From Malacoraja senta (taxonomy: Eukaryota): a stretch of DNA of 64,000 nucleotides. A program made the position numbers and the translations under genes. The notes below the pieces were generated by a model. That model searched no databases, was not told where the DNA came from, and saw only the letters and a program-made list of their open reading frames with translations. Below are positions 62,085 through 64,000 of the stretch, piece by piece. Location: contig CM075979.1 in assembly GCA_038087875.1 (NCBI GenBank), forward strand, positions 5,270,001-5,334,000. Direction: 5' to 3'. Every line of letters begins with the position of its first letter. The stretch's first letter is position 1.

Positions 62085-62462
62085 TAAAGTCTCATATTTC
62101 GCTTGGGCAGTTTACAACCCAGCAGTATGAATATTGACTTCTCTAACCTCAAGTAATCCTTGCTTTCCCTCTCTCACCATCCCTACCCCATCCTAGTTTT
62201 CCAATTAGTTTGACTGTCCTCCTGATTAAATTTTTCTTTGTATGCCTAGTTGTCACCTTCCCCAAGATAACAATGATCTATTCTACATTTTCCTACCTTT
62301 GTCCCCTTTGATCTCTCGTTTTCACTCCTTACCCTTCCATATCTCGATGTCTCCCTCTCCCCTGCCTCTGAAGAAGGGTTTCGATCAGAAACGTCACCCA
62401 TTCCTTCTCTCCAGAGATGCTGCCTGTCCCGCTGAGTTACTCCAGCATTTTGTGTCAATCTA
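62085..62462 (+). mobile_element. Penelope-like element 3' end
   Basis: [19 protein letters not shown] then pseudo-LTR arm. Confidence 0.8.
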
Positions 62463-64000
62463 AAACTTGGAGCCACTGATCCAGATAAATGAGTGATCCA
62501 ATATCACCATGGCTGATAGGGAATTTAAATTCAAATAAGTCAAAAGACATCTGGAATTTAAAAATAAAAATGTTTTTATCTACTAACTTTCAAACCCCTT
62601 GTAAATTGTAAAATTCTTATAAAATACATCTGGTTCACCCATTTCTTTCAGGGAAGGAAATCTCTTCTTTTTTCTTGTCCATGAGTGACTTCAGACCCAT
62701 CAAAATGGTTGACTTTTAACTACATCCACTATTTAGAGGTGGACAATGTTAAACGTTATTCCCTTTATCCTGTATCTGCACACTGTGGACGGCTTGATTG
62801 CAATCATGTACAGTCCTTCCACTGACTGGATAGCACGCAAACTTTTCACTGTCCCTCGGTACACGTGACAATAAACTAAACTAAACTTAACAAATACTAG
62901 CATTGCCGCCCATGTTCACATTGTGTAATCCAGTTACTGCGATGGAAATGTTTTATAGATTCCAGATTATTTTAACAAACTGAATTTACGTAACCCAGTT
63001 GGCAAGGTGAAAAATTACCATTGGCATCACAACGTTTTGGATTATTAGTCCAGTAATGTAATCACTGTGCCAAAATCTGGAATACTGTACATCACATCGC
63101 AATTTTATTTGTTTCAGATATTTTAGATATTTTACTGGAGTAAAGATTTGAACTTGCATGCACAAGGAATTGCAGATGCTGGTTTACAAAAAAAAGACAC
63201 ACCAGGGTTTGTGTCTTTTATTTAAACCTGAATATTTTCCTTTATAATGATTACTAATTGTTTAATTGTTCCAACAGTATTTTCTATCCTTCCTCATTTC
63301 TTACAGATATTGGCTCCTTGCCAGGCAATCTGTGCCTTCTGGTTCAACATCCGTTGTGCTAGATGTTTCATGCAAGTTCATGAAAGAGTTTTATGGCCTG
63401 TAAAACAATACATTGATTTTGAAGTAGTTAAATACAGAAGCCAAAGTGCACTAATTGCAGTCCTATGATTGATCCCAGGAATAGATAAAGAACATACACA
63501 GAGGGCTGGGGTAACTCAACAGGTCAGACATTTCTGGTCGGGTCCCTTTCTGGGTCACTGAAAATTCACCTATCTTCTCCAGCAATGCTACCTGACCCTC
63601 TGAGTTGCTCCAGCATTGTGTGTCTTTTTTTTGTAAACCATCATCTGCAGTTCTTTGTTTCTACACAAGACTGGGTAATCTCGTTATTAAAGTGTAATAG
63701 AATCATAGAACGCTGAAACAGGCCCTTCAGTGAAGGCAATTTGCCATGATCATTTCACCTCCAACTGTGGAGAGTGAATTGATCATTCACCCCCCCCCCC
63801 CCCACCCCCGCTATATTTTTTGAATGTGGGGAGTAACCTGTGAATCTGGAGGAAACCCACTTAGTCAAAGCGAGAATGTGTAAACTGCATGCATGATTGA
63901 AGAAAGGACATTGACCTACCTGCGGCATCTTCAAGTTGTCCCTTGGAATCTTTAGCATGTGTTTAAACAGGAACAGTGGCTAACGAGCAGTGGTGATACC

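Noticed and set aside
61752-64000. Search for the next LDH exon (VD.LTY...SGCNLDSARF); acceptor-like sites near 63117 and 63306
   Set aside because: No frame resembles LDH; the exon presumably lies beyond the window.

Overview
Vertebrate genomic DNA, very likely a cartilaginous fish (skate/ray-type repeat content: HE1-like tRNA-derived SINEs, CR1/HER1-like LINEs, Penelope-like elements). I reconstructed two spliced genes that the ORF track mostly misses. (1) A complete 17-exon ZDHHC13 (HIP14L-type ankyrin-repeat palmitoyltransferase) on the minus strand: ATG at 48467, stop at 12732-12734, 1878 nt, 625 aa. It has an intact DHHC motif and an AT-AC (U12) intron 10. (2) Head-to-head with it, the first three coding exons (56254-61751) of an L-lactate dehydrogenase-family gene on the plus strand that continues past the window end. 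This LDH-like protein keeps the LDH fold motifs and exon phases, but its catalytic loop is rewritten: human-LDHA Arg106->Asp, Gln100->Met, Asn138->Gln, and DRRA at the cofactor site. It is the most unusual item here. The rest is mostly transposon debris. It includes many Penelope-associated repeats carrying a minimal hammerhead-ribozyme core (CTGAAGA-hairpin-GAAACGTC), a PIF/Harbinger MITE, a palindromic THAP-derived element with an AT target duplication, and a nested CR1/L2/Rex1 cluster. Two 200-N assembly gaps are present. Repeat boundaries are approximate, and comparisons to human proteins are from memory, not from a database search.
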